The notes under the pieces: generated by a model
Databases searched by the model: none
What the model was told of the DNA's origin: nothing
The model's input: the letters and a program-made list of their open reading frames with translations, nothing else
In this document: one piece after another, positions 16,428 to 28,200 of the stretch
Layout of the letters: every line of letters begins with the position of its first letter
How positions within the stretch are numbered: position 1 is the first letter of the stretch
Origin: a virus
Virus record (IMG/VR): IMGVR_UViG_3300023184_000094
Coordinates: 1 to 64,000 of that record
Reading direction: 5' to 3' (one strand)
Length of the DNA: 64,000 nt
Program-made: the position numbers and the translations under genes

Positions 16428-19274
16428 ATGGCCACTAGTCAAGCAGCTCAAACCGCATTAAGTTACTTCCAAGGCAAGGGATGGTCTCCAGCACAGGCCG
16501 CTGGTATCGTCGGTAATTTACAACAAGAATCTGGATTAAATCCCCAGGCATTCAATGGCGCAGGTGGTGGTAATGGCGCTGCAGGTATTGCACAATGGCG
16601 AGGTTCTAGACAGACCGATTTCCAATCATTTGCTGGTGTTCCGTTAAGTCAATCTACTTATCAACAACAGTTGGATTTTGTTAACTATGAACTAACACAA
16701 GGCACAATGAAGTCGGCGGGCACTAAACTCAAAGCAACAACTACTGCTGCTGATGCCGCTACCGCAGTTGACAAATATTACGAAATCAGTGACGGTACTG
16801 ATCTACAAAAACGTATCAACAATGCCAATTCACTAACAGGCAGTGGACCAAATGTACCAACTACCCAGGCTCCCTCCGAAGTTGCTCCAGAAGAAGTAAC
16901 AGCTGCCCCCGATGCACCCTTGGCATTATTACCTATTCCTAATAGACTACATCAATATCCTAGCTATATCTATGGATTAAGCCTACATTTGCTAACTGAT
17001 GAAGAATATAATCAAGTAGTAGAAAAAGAAACTTATACTCCTAAACGAGTGTTGATTGCCGGTGCTGGTCGTTGGAGCCCGGATAATTTTCCACGCAGTG
17101 AATTTTTTAGTGAAGATTTTTATTTCGAAGATCTTAACATGACTACAATAATCAGCCCAAATGATTTTAGTAGAAATACCAATGCAATCGAGACATCATT
17201 TACTATCATTGAACCATATGGCTTTACCTTAATGGAACGATTACTAAAAGCCGCCGATGCTATCAAGAGTGCAAATTATTTAGATATGCCCTATCTATTA
17301 CAGATAGATTTCTTTACTATAGACGACTCTGGAAAAATTGTAGGATCAGTAGATGCGCTACGTAAACGTATACCAATTAAACTAGTTAAAATGGACATGC
17401 GAGTCAGCGGTAAAGGATCACAATATAGTATCAGTGCTGTACCATTTAACCATTCAGCTTATGATACAACTACAGTAACAACTCCGGCTAACTTTGAAAT
17501 CACAGCCAGCACAGTGTTTGATTTTTTTCAATCAACAGAAGGCACACCGGCCGATCCTGCATTTGCTGGTAATCAAGTGCCAGGTGAACGTGCTGTAACC
17601 CAACAATACAATCAAGGGCCAAACTTTAGTGGCACTGCTAGTAATACTGTATATACTAAAGCTAAAAGCTACGGTACTGCTATAAATGATTATTTTAAGA
17701 ATCTCGAAGAAGATCGTAAATTAGGTAATAAAGATGTTTATCGATTTGAGTTTGATGAAGAAATTGGTAAATCCACGTTTGTGCATTCTGAATTAAATAC
17801 TCCCAAACGAACTCCCTTTAAAGATAATACTGGCAAAGATATAATCAGTATGAAGCGTGCGGATCTAGGTGGTGAGCAGGGTATTTACGATTCTACTAAA
17901 GTTATTTTCCAAGTTAATTTTGGTACTACTATAGAAAAATTATTAGAATATGTAATACGAAATAGTGATTATATTCAAGATCAATTAGTCGTTCCTGAAG
18001 ATGCTGATTACGAATCAAAAAAGAAAGCCTTGGAAAAAGAACCATTGAAATGGTTTAAAATAGTACCAAGGGTCAGGCTGCTAGGTTTTGATCAAGTCCG
18101 AAAGATATGGGCGAGAGAAATCACCTATCAAATAAAATCTTATAAGATGTATAATATTCGTAGTTCGTTAGGTCCCCAAGGCGTGCAATTACATCCAGTG
18201 AAAAATTACAGCTATATCTACACTGGACAAAATGATGACGTCTTTGATTTTGATATAACATTCAATGCTCTTTATTATACACAAGTTACCAGCTATAGAG
18301 ATAATTTAACAGAAGTCACTCCAACAGCGGCTAGTGCTACTACCGACAATCAATATCAAAATGCCCCAAATTGGTCAGGTGATGAAAATTCTAAAACAAC
18401 TGATTACAATGCGGTTACCCCATCGATATTAAAATCGGTGGTACAGAATAGTCAAGCAACAGCCACTGGCGGCGCAACTACAGCAAGACAAGTAGCATCC
18501 GTCGACCTTGCTGATAGTTTGATGACAAATAGCCAAGCAGATATGTTAAATGTAAAATTAAAAATCTTAGGGGATCCTGACTATATTAAACAAGACGATA
18601 TATTCTATAGACCGGTGCCAACAGGCACCGCCGCTGTGGAGGTAAAACCTAGTAGTGATCCAAGGTTACTACCTAATGATAGTAGTTTAGCCATGGATGA
18701 CGGTGCACTTTATGTGCAAGTTTTATTTAGAACACCAATAGACATAGATGAATCTACAGGATTGATGAAATTTGATGATAGATATCAACATAGTCTTTTC
18801 AGCGGGCTATATCAAGTTATACAAGTAACTAGCAACTTCCACGGTGGACAATTTACACAAGATTTAGATTTAGTTCGTATGCCAAGACAAAGTGCGTTTG
18901 ATTATGTTAACGGACAAAATAATAAATCTGATCAAAGATCAGAAACTACAAAAGCATTCCCTGGACAATTAGGAGTCACAGAGTCGCCACCGATCATTCC
19001 TAGCCTATTACAAAGTGGCGGAGCACAAAAGTCTACTGCTGATGCCAGTGACACTGCAATTGATCAAACTCCTGGGCAGGATCAACAGGCAGCACAAGAA
19101 GCCAATAACGTACCGCCATTGCTAACACAGAATGCACAGGATCTGCGTGTAGTAAATGAAACTGCACCAGAAGAAACCATAACTGCTCAAACAGAACCGC
19201 AGGCCATAGCACCTAACTTTACTCCAATATCTAGTAGAGGTAATAGAGTGCCTGGCGCAACAGCAATAGTATAA
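16428..19274 (+). CDS. Baseplate hub-like protein with N-terminal phage tail lysozyme domain
   Basis: N-terminal AAGIVGNLQQESGLNP...GIAQW (phage tail lysozyme family); C-terminal ILGDP and SGLYQV..V...F..GQFTQ.L as in hub proteins; lies between gp53-like and gp5-like genes. Confidence 0.7.
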   Translation: MATSQAAQTALSYFQGKGWSPAQAAGIVGNLQQESGLNPQAFNGAGGGNGAAGIAQWRGSRQTDFQSFAGVPLSQSTYQQQLDFVNYELTQGTMKSAGTKLKATTTAADAATAVDKYYEISDGTDLQKRINNANSLTGSGPNVPTTQAPSEVAPEEVTAAPDAPLALLPIPNRLHQYPSYIYGLSLHLLTDEEYNQVVEKETYTPKRVLIAGAGRWSPDNFPRSEFFSEDFYFEDLNMTTIISPNDFSRNTNAIETSFTIIEPYGFTLMERLLKAADAIKSANYLDMPYLLQIDFFTIDDSGKIVGSVDALRKRIPIKLVKMDMRVSGKGSQYSISAVPFNHSAYDTTTVTTPANFEITASTVFDFFQSTEGTPADPAFAGNQVPGERAVTQQYNQGPNFSGTASNTVYTKAKSYGTAINDYFKNLEEDRKLGNKDVYRFEFDEEIGKSTFVHSELNTPKRTPFKDNTGKDIISMKRADLGGEQGIYDSTKVIFQVNFGTTIEKLLEYVIRNSDYIQDQLVVPEDADYESKKKALEKEPLKWFKIVPRVRLLGFDQVRKIWAREITYQIKSYKMYNIRSSLGPQGVQLHPVKNYSYIYTGQNDDVFDFDITFNALYYTQVTSYRDNLTEVTPTAASATTDNQYQNAPNWSGDENSKTTDYNAVTPSILKSVVQNSQATATGGATTARQVASVDLADSLMTNSQADMLNVKLKILGDPDYIKQDDIFYRPVPTGTAAVEVKPSSDPRLLPNDSSLAMDDGALYVQVLFRTPIDIDESTGLMKFDDRYQHSLFSGLYQVIQVTSNFHGGQFTQDLDLVRMPRQSAFDYVNGQNNKSDQRSETTKAFPGQLGVTESPPIIPSLLQSGGAQKSTADASDTAIDQTPGQDQQAAQEANNVPPLLTQNAQDLRVVNETAPEETITAQTEPQAIAPNFTPISSRGNRVPGATAIV

Positions 19275-19289
19275 TCAAAGGAAAGATAA

Positions 19290-21371
19290 ATGGCAATCGA
19301 TCATCGCATAGGTAGTAAAGTAATTAAAGCGGCACGCAGAGAACAGGCCACTGGTACTCGTGTCGACCCATATCCATATGTAGGTATAGTTAAAAATAAT
19401 TTAGATCCTACACGAAGTGGTCGATTACAGGTTTATATTCCGGATCTAGGTGGACCACCAGACGATCCAAATAACTGGCGCACAGTTGGTTATGCTAGCC
19501 CATTTATGGGTTACACCAATCAAATTCAAAAACAATCTGACACGCCCAATAAATCTAATACCTTTGAAAATGTTGCGCATAGTTATGGCATGTGGATGGT
19601 TCCGCCAGACATTGGTGTTGAAGTTATTGTTATGTTTATTGCAGGAGATCCACTACGCGGTTATTTTATCGCCTGTGTTAATAGTAGTCTCAGTCATTAT
19701 ATGATCCCTGCACTAGCCGGCACTCAAAACGTAGATATCAACAGCCTTAGCGCCAACGATAGAAAATCGTATGAAAAAGGTGATATAGTTCCTGTAGTAG
19801 AATTTAACGAATATACTAAAGATTTTACCAACACAGCATTTTATCTCAATAATAAACCCATACACGAGATACAATATAATATATTAAAAACCCAAGGATT
19901 AGATCAAGATCCGGTGCGCGGAGCAATATCTAGTTCTAGCCAACGTGAGAGCCCAAGCCAAGTATTTGGTATTAGTACACCAGGAAGACCGTATCCAAAC
20001 GACCCAGCAGATGATCCACAATATCTTGAAAAATTAAATTCGGGAGCACTACCACCTGATTACTTTAAGATTAAATCGCGCAAAGGCGGACATGTGTTTG
20101 TTATGGATGATGGTGCTACACTAGGTGAAGACCAATTGGTAAGATTGCGCACTGCTAGCGGACATCAATTGTTAATGCATGATACTAATAATACTATCTA
20201 TATCGGTCATGCTGATGGCGGTAGTTGGATCGAATTAGGATCAGATGGTAGTATTAGTGCCTACGCATCTGGAACATTTAATGTTCGTAGCGAAAATAAT
20301 ATTAATCTACACAGTGATTTAGATATTAATATACAGGCATTTGGCAGTATTAATATGAAATCCGGCACACAAATTAAATTAGAAACTGTTAAAACAGAAT
20401 TATTAACAGGACAGTTACGTGTTGAATCTACAGGGCAAACTGAATTTAAAGCAGGTGCAGCCTTTAACGTCGAAACAGAGTCGTCGATGTCATTACGAGC
20501 TACGGGAACATTTGCTACCGAAGGATCGGGCATATATCAAAATAGTGGTAAGACTGTACCAGTAAAAGGGGTTGATACTTTACAAATAAATTCCTTACCA
20601 AACACAGCATTAAATTCCAACGGTGCCTGGCGCATAGTTCCCAATGCCCTAAGCACTATAGTAACAGTGGCTCCGACACACGAACCATTTCAACGAGGAA
20701 ATACTGGCGTATTTTTTAAACCAACCAGCCCTGGCATCCAACCTGCTGCCGCTTATCAAGGTGCGGTAGATGCTACTAAAACCGCTGGAGATTCAGGAGT
20801 GCAGAATCCAGCAGGAGAAAAAGATTTACGAAACCAGCCACCGTGCGGTTGCACCATTGGTAATTTAGCCGGTGACCAGTTAACTGCTTATTTTGCACAG
20901 ATAGGTAAAAGTGAAAGTGGTGGGAACTATCAAGCAGTAAATAGTATCGGTTATGTAGGCAAATATCAATTTGGCTACACAGCATTAATTGACGCAGGAT
21001 ATGTAAAAAGTAGTTGTAGGAGTAATGCTCAATTACGTAATCCTAATAGTTGGACTGGTAAAAACGGAATTGATAGTTTAGATACTTGGTTAGCTAACCC
21101 AAATGAACAAGAATCGGCTATGTGTAGTTATACGCAACGCAATTATACCACCATGTGTAAGATTGGTGCTGTAGATGCTGGCCAATCTCCAGAAGATGTA
21201 GCTGGTATGTTGGCAGTTAGTCACTTATTAGGACCAGGTGGGGCTAAACAATATCGTAGCGGACAAAACTCAGCTGATGCATACGGAACCACTGGGGCAA
21301 CATATTTTAACAAAGGTAAGTATGCAGTGGCGGTTCTAGCACCTAAAGTCCAGGCTGTTAACCAAGGATAA
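19290..21371 (+). CDS. gp5: Baseplate central spike, gp5/VgrG-like, with C-terminal lysozyme-like domain
   Basis: DPTRSGRLQVYIP and GMWMVPPDIG (OB fold), GHVFVMDD/RTASGHQ beta-helix start, C-terminal ESGGNY...GKYQFG...HLLGPGG lysozyme-like motif. Confidence 0.8.
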   Translation: MAIDHRIGSKVIKAARREQATGTRVDPYPYVGIVKNNLDPTRSGRLQVYIPDLGGPPDDPNNWRTVGYASPFMGYTNQIQKQSDTPNKSNTFENVAHSYGMWMVPPDIGVEVIVMFIAGDPLRGYFIACVNSSLSHYMIPALAGTQNVDINSLSANDRKSYEKGDIVPVVEFNEYTKDFTNTAFYLNNKPIHEIQYNILKTQGLDQDPVRGAISSSSQRESPSQVFGISTPGRPYPNDPADDPQYLEKLNSGALPPDYFKIKSRKGGHVFVMDDGATLGEDQLVRLRTASGHQLLMHDTNNTIYIGHADGGSWIELGSDGSISAYASGTFNVRSENNINLHSDLDINIQAFGSINMKSGTQIKLETVKTELLTGQLRVESTGQTEFKAGAAFNVETESSMSLRATGTFATEGSGIYQNSGKTVPVKGVDTLQINSLPNTALNSNGAWRIVPNALSTIVTVAPTHEPFQRGNTGVFFKPTSPGIQPAAAYQGAVDATKTAGDSGVQNPAGEKDLRNQPPCGCTIGNLAGDQLTAYFAQIGKSESGGNYQAVNSIGYVGKYQFGYTALIDAGYVKSSCRSNAQLRNPNSWTGKNGIDSLDTWLANPNEQESAMCSYTQRNYTTMCKIGAVDAGQSPEDVAGMLAVSHLLGPGGAKQYRSGQNSADAYGTTGATYFNKGKYAVAVLAPKVQAVNQG

Positions 21372-21379
21372 ATATTTAC

Positions 21380-21757
21380 ATGGCCACTACATATAAAGGA
21401 TTTAGCACCCTAGGAACTAGCAAGAATTTCCGCCTCACGGATTTTGATTTGATCAAGCAGGACATTTTTAATCATTTCAATATACGCAAAGGTGAAAAGC
21501 TCATGCGTCCAAATTTTGGCACTATCATTTGGAATGTTTTATTTGAGCCATTTACAGAAGACTTAAAAAGCGTGATCACACAGGATATCCGTGCTATCGC
21601 TGGCTATGACCCACGTGTGAGCTTTGATAATATCATAGTTACAGAATATGATCAAGGTATACAAATAGAACTACAACTACGCTACGTTTTAACTAATCAA
21701 TCCAGAGTCATGTTAATGAATTTTAACGGCACTACAAACACACTTTCTGTACAGTAA
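21380..21757 (+). CDS. gp25: Baseplate wedge subunit
   Basis: YKGFS, RKGEKLMRPNFGT.IW..LFEP, DPRV motifs. Confidence 0.9.
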   Translation: MATTYKGFSTLGTSKNFRLTDFDLIKQDIFNHFNIRKGEKLMRPNFGTIIWNVLFEPFTEDLKSVITQDIRAIAGYDPRVSFDNIIVTEYDQGIQIELQLRYVLTNQSRVMLMNFNGTTNTLSVQ

Positions 21758-21808
21758 TTAACTACATAGTTTATTTTCCTGATAAATACTAGATAATAGG
21801 GAAATAGC

Positions 21809-24800
21809 ATGGCAACCACCACACGACAAACCAGTTTATTAGTCTCACAAGATTGGACTAAGCTATATCAAGCGTTCCGTAACGCAGACTTCCAAAGCTA
21901 TGACTTCGAAACTCTACGTGCTAGTATGGTCAGCTACTTACAGCTTTACTATCCTGAAGATTTTAATGACTTCATTGAATCTAGTGAATTCATTGCCCTT
22001 ATAGATATGATCGCGTTCCTAGGTCAAAGCCTAGCGTTCCGCGCAGATCTGAATGCCCGTGAAAACTTTATCGATACAGCACAACGTCGTGACAGTATTC
22101 TTAAACTAGCACGTCTGGTCAGCTATAATCCTAAACGTAATATTCCTGCCGTTGGCTTGTTAAAATTCAACAGCGTATCAACTACTGAAAATGTATTTGA
22201 CAGCAACGGACTTAATCTAAGTGGCCTAGTGATTAATTGGGCAGATGCAGGCAATAGCAATTGGTTAGAACAAATGACCCTGATACTTAATGCGTCATTA
22301 GTCAACAATCAAGCTATTGGAAAACCTAGTTATAGTCAGATCATTAATGGCATTACTAACGAAGAATATCAAATCAACTTGGTATCCAATATATTAGCTA
22401 CTTACAGTTTTAAATCAACAGTGGCCGGAACACAGATGTCGTTTGAGATGGTAAGTCCTACCAGTGCAAATGCAACTTATATCTACGAAGCTGATCCTAA
22501 ACTAAATGCTCCATTTAACTTTTTATATAGAAATGACAATCTAGGCAACGGCAGCAACAACACAGGTTATTTCTTATATTTCAAACAAGGTGAACTAAAG
22601 AGCTTAGATTTCAATCTTGCTGAAAGTATTCCTAATCGTGTCTACAGTATCAACACCAACAACATCAATAACACAGATGTTTGGTTATACAGCCTAGACA
22701 GTAATGGTAACTTGGATACGCTATGGGAAAAAGTTCCAGCAGTGGCCAACACTAATGTTATCTACAACGCAACATTAAACAAAAACATCTATCAGATCAA
22801 CAGCCGCGCAGGTGATCAAATTGATTTGGTCTTTGGTGATGGATCATTTGCTAACATTCCACAAGGTAACTTCCGTATCTACTATCGCGTCAGCAATGGC
22901 CTACAATATAAGATCACTCCTGATGAAATGCAAGGATTAGTAATACCGATCAACTACGTCAGTGCCGCCGGTCGTGTTGAAACTATCACAATCACAGCCA
23001 GCTTACAATATACAGTAGCCAATGCCACTGCACGTGAAAGTCTTGACAGCGTTAAACAAAAAGCGCCACAACAATTCTACACACAGAATCGTATGATCAC
23101 CGGTGAAGATTATAATATCTTACCTTATACATTATTCAATGATATTTTAAAGATCAAAGCAGTTAATAGAACATCAAGTGGTATCAGCCGTTATTTAGAT
23201 GTTATCGATGTAACTGGGAAATATTCATCTACTAATATCTTTGCACAAGATGGCATGTTATACCGTGACAACACGGTCAATACATTCAGCTTTGACTACA
23301 ATACCACCAATGACATTTATAAAGTTATCTACGATCGTATAGCACCGATCGCACAAGCACCAGAAACACTACAGTTTTTCTATGCACACTATCCCTTATT
23401 AGATCTAACTGACATCTATTGGCATACATCAACGATTATCGCCAATGGTTGCACGGGCTATTTTGTTGACAGCACAGGTAAGATCCTACAGATTGGCGCA
23501 GCAGTGACCAGCACCAACAAATATATCGTGCAGAGTTCTATAGTTAAACTATCAGCAGGTGATGGTAATTACTTTGATGCACAGAATCGTATACAAACAG
23601 GTACACCACGTAACCCAGGCGACAAGTATTATGTCTATGCTGCGATTGAACTAGTGGTAGGAGATGGCACTAACGGTGGTCAAGGTAATTTGTCAAATGG
23701 TGAAGGTCCGGTGACTATCAATCAGATCATACCCGTAGATGAACTACCGGTAGCTGATCGAGTATTTGCTGTGTTTAATGTAGCGTTTTCAAATGCTCTA
23801 GTATCGACTATGGTTGGTTATATACAGGCTTTTGCTAATTTTGGTCTACGCTATGATATAGCATCAGCTAGCTGGAAGATCATCACACCACAAGATTTAA
23901 ATACCGTTGATGCATTTACTTTAACCAATGCTGGCGACACTAGTGGACAGGCCTTAGACAGCAGTTGGCTCATAGCATTCCAGACTGTAGGGCAAACATA
24001 CACGGTCAGCTATCGTGGATTAAATTATGTATTTGAAAGCGTGCAAGAAACTAATTTCTACTATGACGGAACCACAAAAATATTTGATGCTACTACTGGA
24101 TTAACAGTTAAAGATCAGATCAAAGTATTAAAAGTCAATACACAACCCGATAACAGTAATGCATTGGCACTTGACTATATCTGGAACATCTACGAGAGCA
24201 TCACTGAAGTTGATGGATACACTGATATCAACAGGATCTATGTAACATTCTCTGATGTTGACAATGATGGTATTCCAGACAACCCTGAACTATTTGAATT
24301 ATTAGTTAATCCTAATGTTGATACTACAAACAAATATGTCTACTTCCAATCAACCACAGGCTATGACAATTTTGTAACTGAAACACCGGTTGATAACAAC
24401 ACCGTGGTATCACAATATGCTAGCCTACGTGATGCACAGGTAGCAGCTACATTATATCAAAATGGCCAACTATTTTATATTGTACCAAGTGATACGTTTT
24501 ATCAATTAGAGATCACCGGAGCAGTCTATACACTAAATCTTGTTACTGGATATTCAGCTAAACTAGGTCGCCAAGACATCTACTTCCAATACCGTCATAA
24601 TAGTCCAAACAATCGACGCATTGATCCAAGTCCAAATAACATCATTGACTTGTATATCCTAACACAACAATACAGCATCGATTACCAGGCCTGGGCACAG
24701 GACATCACAGGAACTATCACAGAACCTAGTTTACCAACCAGTGAACAGTTAGAACTTAGCTACAGCAGTTTAGATAATTACAAAGCTGTCAGTGACACAA

Positions 24801-25210
24801 TCATCTATAATCCTGCACAGTTCAAACCATTGTTTGGAGCCAAGGCAGATCCTAAACTACAGGCACAGTTTAAAGTAGTTAAAAATTCTAATATTGTCAT
24901 CAGTGACAACGAAATACAAACATCAGTGATCGCTGCTATCAACAGCTACTTTGATGTGGCCAATTGGGACTTTGGTGAAACATTCTATTTCAGTGAACTT
25001 GCGGCATACTTACACATGCAACTAGTTCCAAAAATTAGCAGTATCGTTATTGTTCCTGCCAACGAGGCCAGCGTGTTTGGTAGCTTGATGCAGGTCAATG
25101 CAAACATTAATGAAATCATTACCAGTTGCGCGACTGTCAATGATGTTAAGATTATCACTGCCATCACAGCGGCACAACTTAATCAAACTGGCGCACTAAT
25201 AACTGCTTAG
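21809..25210 (+). CDS. gp6: Baseplate wedge subunit gp6-like
   Basis: DFETLR, FNDFIESSE, ENFIDTAQRRDSILKLARLVSYNPKR, FGDG, QNRMITGEDY; GATAAATA box at 21781-21788. Confidence 0.85.
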   Translation: MATTTRQTSLLVSQDWTKLYQAFRNADFQSYDFETLRASMVSYLQLYYPEDFNDFIESSEFIALIDMIAFLGQSLAFRADLNARENFIDTAQRRDSILKLARLVSYNPKRNIPAVGLLKFNSVSTTENVFDSNGLNLSGLVINWADAGNSNWLEQMTLILNASLVNNQAIGKPSYSQIINGITNEEYQINLVSNILATYSFKSTVAGTQMSFEMVSPTSANATYIYEADPKLNAPFNFLYRNDNLGNGSNNTGYFLYFKQGELKSLDFNLAESIPNRVYSINTNNINNTDVWLYSLDSNGNLDTLWEKVPAVANTNVIYNATLNKNIYQINSRAGDQIDLVFGDGSFANIPQGNFRIYYRVSNGLQYKITPDEMQGLVIPINYVSAAGRVETITITASLQYTVANATARESLDSVKQKAPQQFYTQNRMITGEDYNILPYTLFNDILKIKAVNRTSSGISRYLDVIDVTGKYSSTNIFAQDGMLYRDNTVNTFSFDYNTTNDIYKVIYDRIAPIAQAPETLQFFYAHYPLLDLTDIYWHTSTIIANGCTGYFVDSTGKILQIGAAVTSTNKYIVQSSIVKLSAGDGNYFDAQNRIQTGTPRNPGDKYYVYAAIELVVGDGTNGGQGNLSNGEGPVTINQIIPVDELPVADRVFAVFNVAFSNALVSTMVGYIQAFANFGLRYDIASASWKIITPQDLNTVDAFTLTNAGDTSGQALDSSWLIAFQTVGQTYTVSYRGLNYVFESVQETNFYYDGTTKIFDATTGLTVKDQIKVLKVNTQPDNSNALALDYIWNIYESITEVDGYTDINRIYVTFSDVDNDGIPDNPELFELLVNPNVDTTNKYVYFQSTTGYDNFVTETPVDNNTVVSQYASLRDAQVAATLYQNGQLFYIVPSDTFYQLEITGAVYTLNLVTGYSAKLGRQDIYFQYRHNSPNNRRIDPSPNNIIDLYILTQQYSIDYQAWAQDITGTITEPSLPTSEQLELSYSSLDNYKAVSDTIIYNPAQFKPLFGAKADPKLQAQFKVVKNSNIVISDNEIQTSVIAAINSYFDVANWDFGETFYFSELAAYLHMQLVPKISSIVIVPANEASVFGSLMQVNANINEIITSCATVNDVKIITAITAAQLNQTGALITA

Positions 25211-25217
25211 GACTATA

Positions 25218-28200
25218 ATGGCTGAAAGAAAAACCTATAACTTTTTACCCACTACCTTTAGATCTGACACGAACCAAAAGTTCTTGGCGGCTACCATGGA
25301 TCAGTTGGTATCAGAACCAAATTTTACCACCTTGTATGGTTATATTGGTCGTAGATTTGCTCCCACTTATAAAAGCACAGACAGCTATGTCCTTGAAGAC
25401 ACTGCGGTCAGACAAGACTATCAACTTGAACCTAGTGTAGTCATACGTGATCAACAAAATAATATCACATTCTTTGCGACCTATGTTGATCTACTTGAAA
25501 AGATCAGCTACTATGGTGGTATCACCACTGATCAAAATAGATTGTTTGAACAAGAATATTATACCTTTGACCCACGCATCAGCTATGACAAGTTTGTTAA
25601 CTTCAGCCAATACTATTGGCTACCTGATGGTCCTGACTTTGTAGAAGTTAATACCACAGGTCTTGATCTCAGCATAGATTATGTAGTTACTAGAGATGCA
25701 GCCAATGGTCGGTATATATTCAAGAGCAATGGTGTAGTAGACAACAGTATTATTTTAGCACGTGGAGGTAGTTATACCTTTACTGTCGATCAACCAGGCG
25801 TTCCATTCTGGTTACAAACTGAGCTAGGCGTAGATGGAGTAATCTCAGCGACACCTACACTAAGTTCAAGAGATATCCTAGGCATCCAGAATAATGGTAT
25901 CGATGTTGGAACTATAACATTCGATGTTCCGCAGACTTCAGCACAGGATAGATTCATAGCTCAACAACTAGTATACACGGTTGACTACGCGACCCCATTT
26001 AATACTTTACCATTCAGCAGATTCCACAATCAATTAGTATCAACATTTTTAGCCAACTATCCACAGTATGGTGGAATCACAGGCCAACTCAACGGCAAGC
26101 ATCTAGTGTTTGTTAATGTCCAACTAGCGACCAATGTGGGCGAAGAAGTATGGACCTATCCTGAAGTAGTAGTTGATACATTACCAGCAACAGCTGGGGC
26201 ATCAGGCACCAATGTTATTACCTTGTCATCGACAGATAAATTAATCGCTAATCTTGCAGTATCTGGCACAGGTGTTCCAAGTGGAACTACTATCGTCAGC
26301 GTTGATTCAGCTAATGCTAATGTTACACTTAGCGCAAATCTTACTACCACAGCCAGTGGTGCATATACATTTACTGCCCCTAACTTTGACGCTGGCTATG
26401 TAGTGCCGGATGATCAACGTTACGGTGTATTCCGTGTAGTCTATGTTGATGCTGGTATTAAAAATGCAGATGGATCTACTGACTATGTGACAAGACTGGT
26501 ATTTGAACAAGCAGTTAATGTAGATGAAAAAGTCTATGTAAGATTTGGTGTTGCTAACGCTAATAAAGAATACTACAAAGACTACGATGGCTTTATGAAA
26601 CAGGTTCCAATAATTACCTGTCAATTAAACAATCTATGGATTCAAGATGGTACTAGAGCAGACATTTATAAAAATGTGCAGCTAGTAAATTACAATGGGT
26701 GGACTATTGATGTTGATACTGATATCATTGGCCAATTGGCCTACACCAGTCCTAACGGTGTAAACTTTACTAGTGGATTAAAAATACAATTTGCAGAAGA
26801 TGTAACACCTACCAGCTATCAAAATCGTCAATTCTATGTAGAACAAGTTGGCGATACTAGCCAATACAACGGTGGTATAAGACTAGTTCCAGTTGACGAA
26901 TTAATTACTCCAGAAGCATATAATGCTGAACTGGCACTAAATTATCCAAACGAAATATTCCCTGATTATATCACTATCAATCGTGCCAGTGTTGATCGCA
27001 ACGCCTGGTCACGTAATAACCGTTGGTTCCATATTGATGTAGTTTTACTCACTGCTGAATATAACGGAACACAACCAACCATTGATCAAGCTAGCCGAGC
27101 CCAACGTCCTATCGTGCAGTTTGACTGCGATCTACAATTGATCAATGAAGGTCGTATTGGACTTGATCATATTGATATCTTAGATACCAGCACTAAAAAT
27201 GCCTTTACAGAATTACAAGGACAGACTTATGCGATAGCATTTGGTGTTACCTTGTTTGATGGTCTGCGTGTGATCTTTGCCGCCGATGAAGATCCATTAG
27301 TCCGTAATAAAATTTATGTTGTTAGTCTAGTCCAATATGAAGTTGATGATCAACAGCTACCTACAGGTCCGTACCACATTGAATTGTCATTAGCTGACGA
27401 CGGAGATGTAGCGACATACTCTACCGTAGTAGTTGCTATTGGCCAATACAAAGGTAGTCAATGGTGGTATGACGGTGTCACTTGGAATGCTAGTCAGACT
27501 AAATCAGCACTGCAACAACCTCCATTGTTTGACATATTAGATGCCAGTGGCAAGAGCTTTTCAACTTATACGAGAAGCACATTTACAGGTACAGAAATTT
27601 TTGGTTATGTGCGTGCTACCTCAGGAACAACAGACCCAATCTTGTCAAAAGGTATCATTCCTACGATCTATGATAGTAACAATAATCCTGTAACTAATTT
27701 CTATCTTAGCTACAAGACATTCACCACACAAGGCGACATCAAGTTCCAAAACTATTTCAATACTGATACATTTAGCTATGTCAATGCCAATGATATTATA
27801 ACCACACAGCTGATTAATACTGGTTACATACAAAAAATCTTAGCTGCTGAAACTCTACAACCTAAAAACACTTGGGATACAGTTCCTGAACCTAGCCATC
27901 AATACCAACAGATTAGTTATATCTTTGATGGCACTAATAATCCATTTGTCGTAGACATCGTTCCCGAAGTAGAAGCATCGATACCTTATACTAAAGTATT
28001 CCAAAATTTCCAATACCTACAACCAACAGATTGGACCTTAGCCAACAGTGCTGTTCGATTATCTACATCATTGACAGTGGGTGATCAAGTTGACATCTTG
28101 ATCTATAGCCAACAGATCAGTAAATTAGGTTTCTATCAAGTTCCACAAAACTTAGATCTAAATGCACAAAATATCGACATAGATACACTAACACTTGGTC

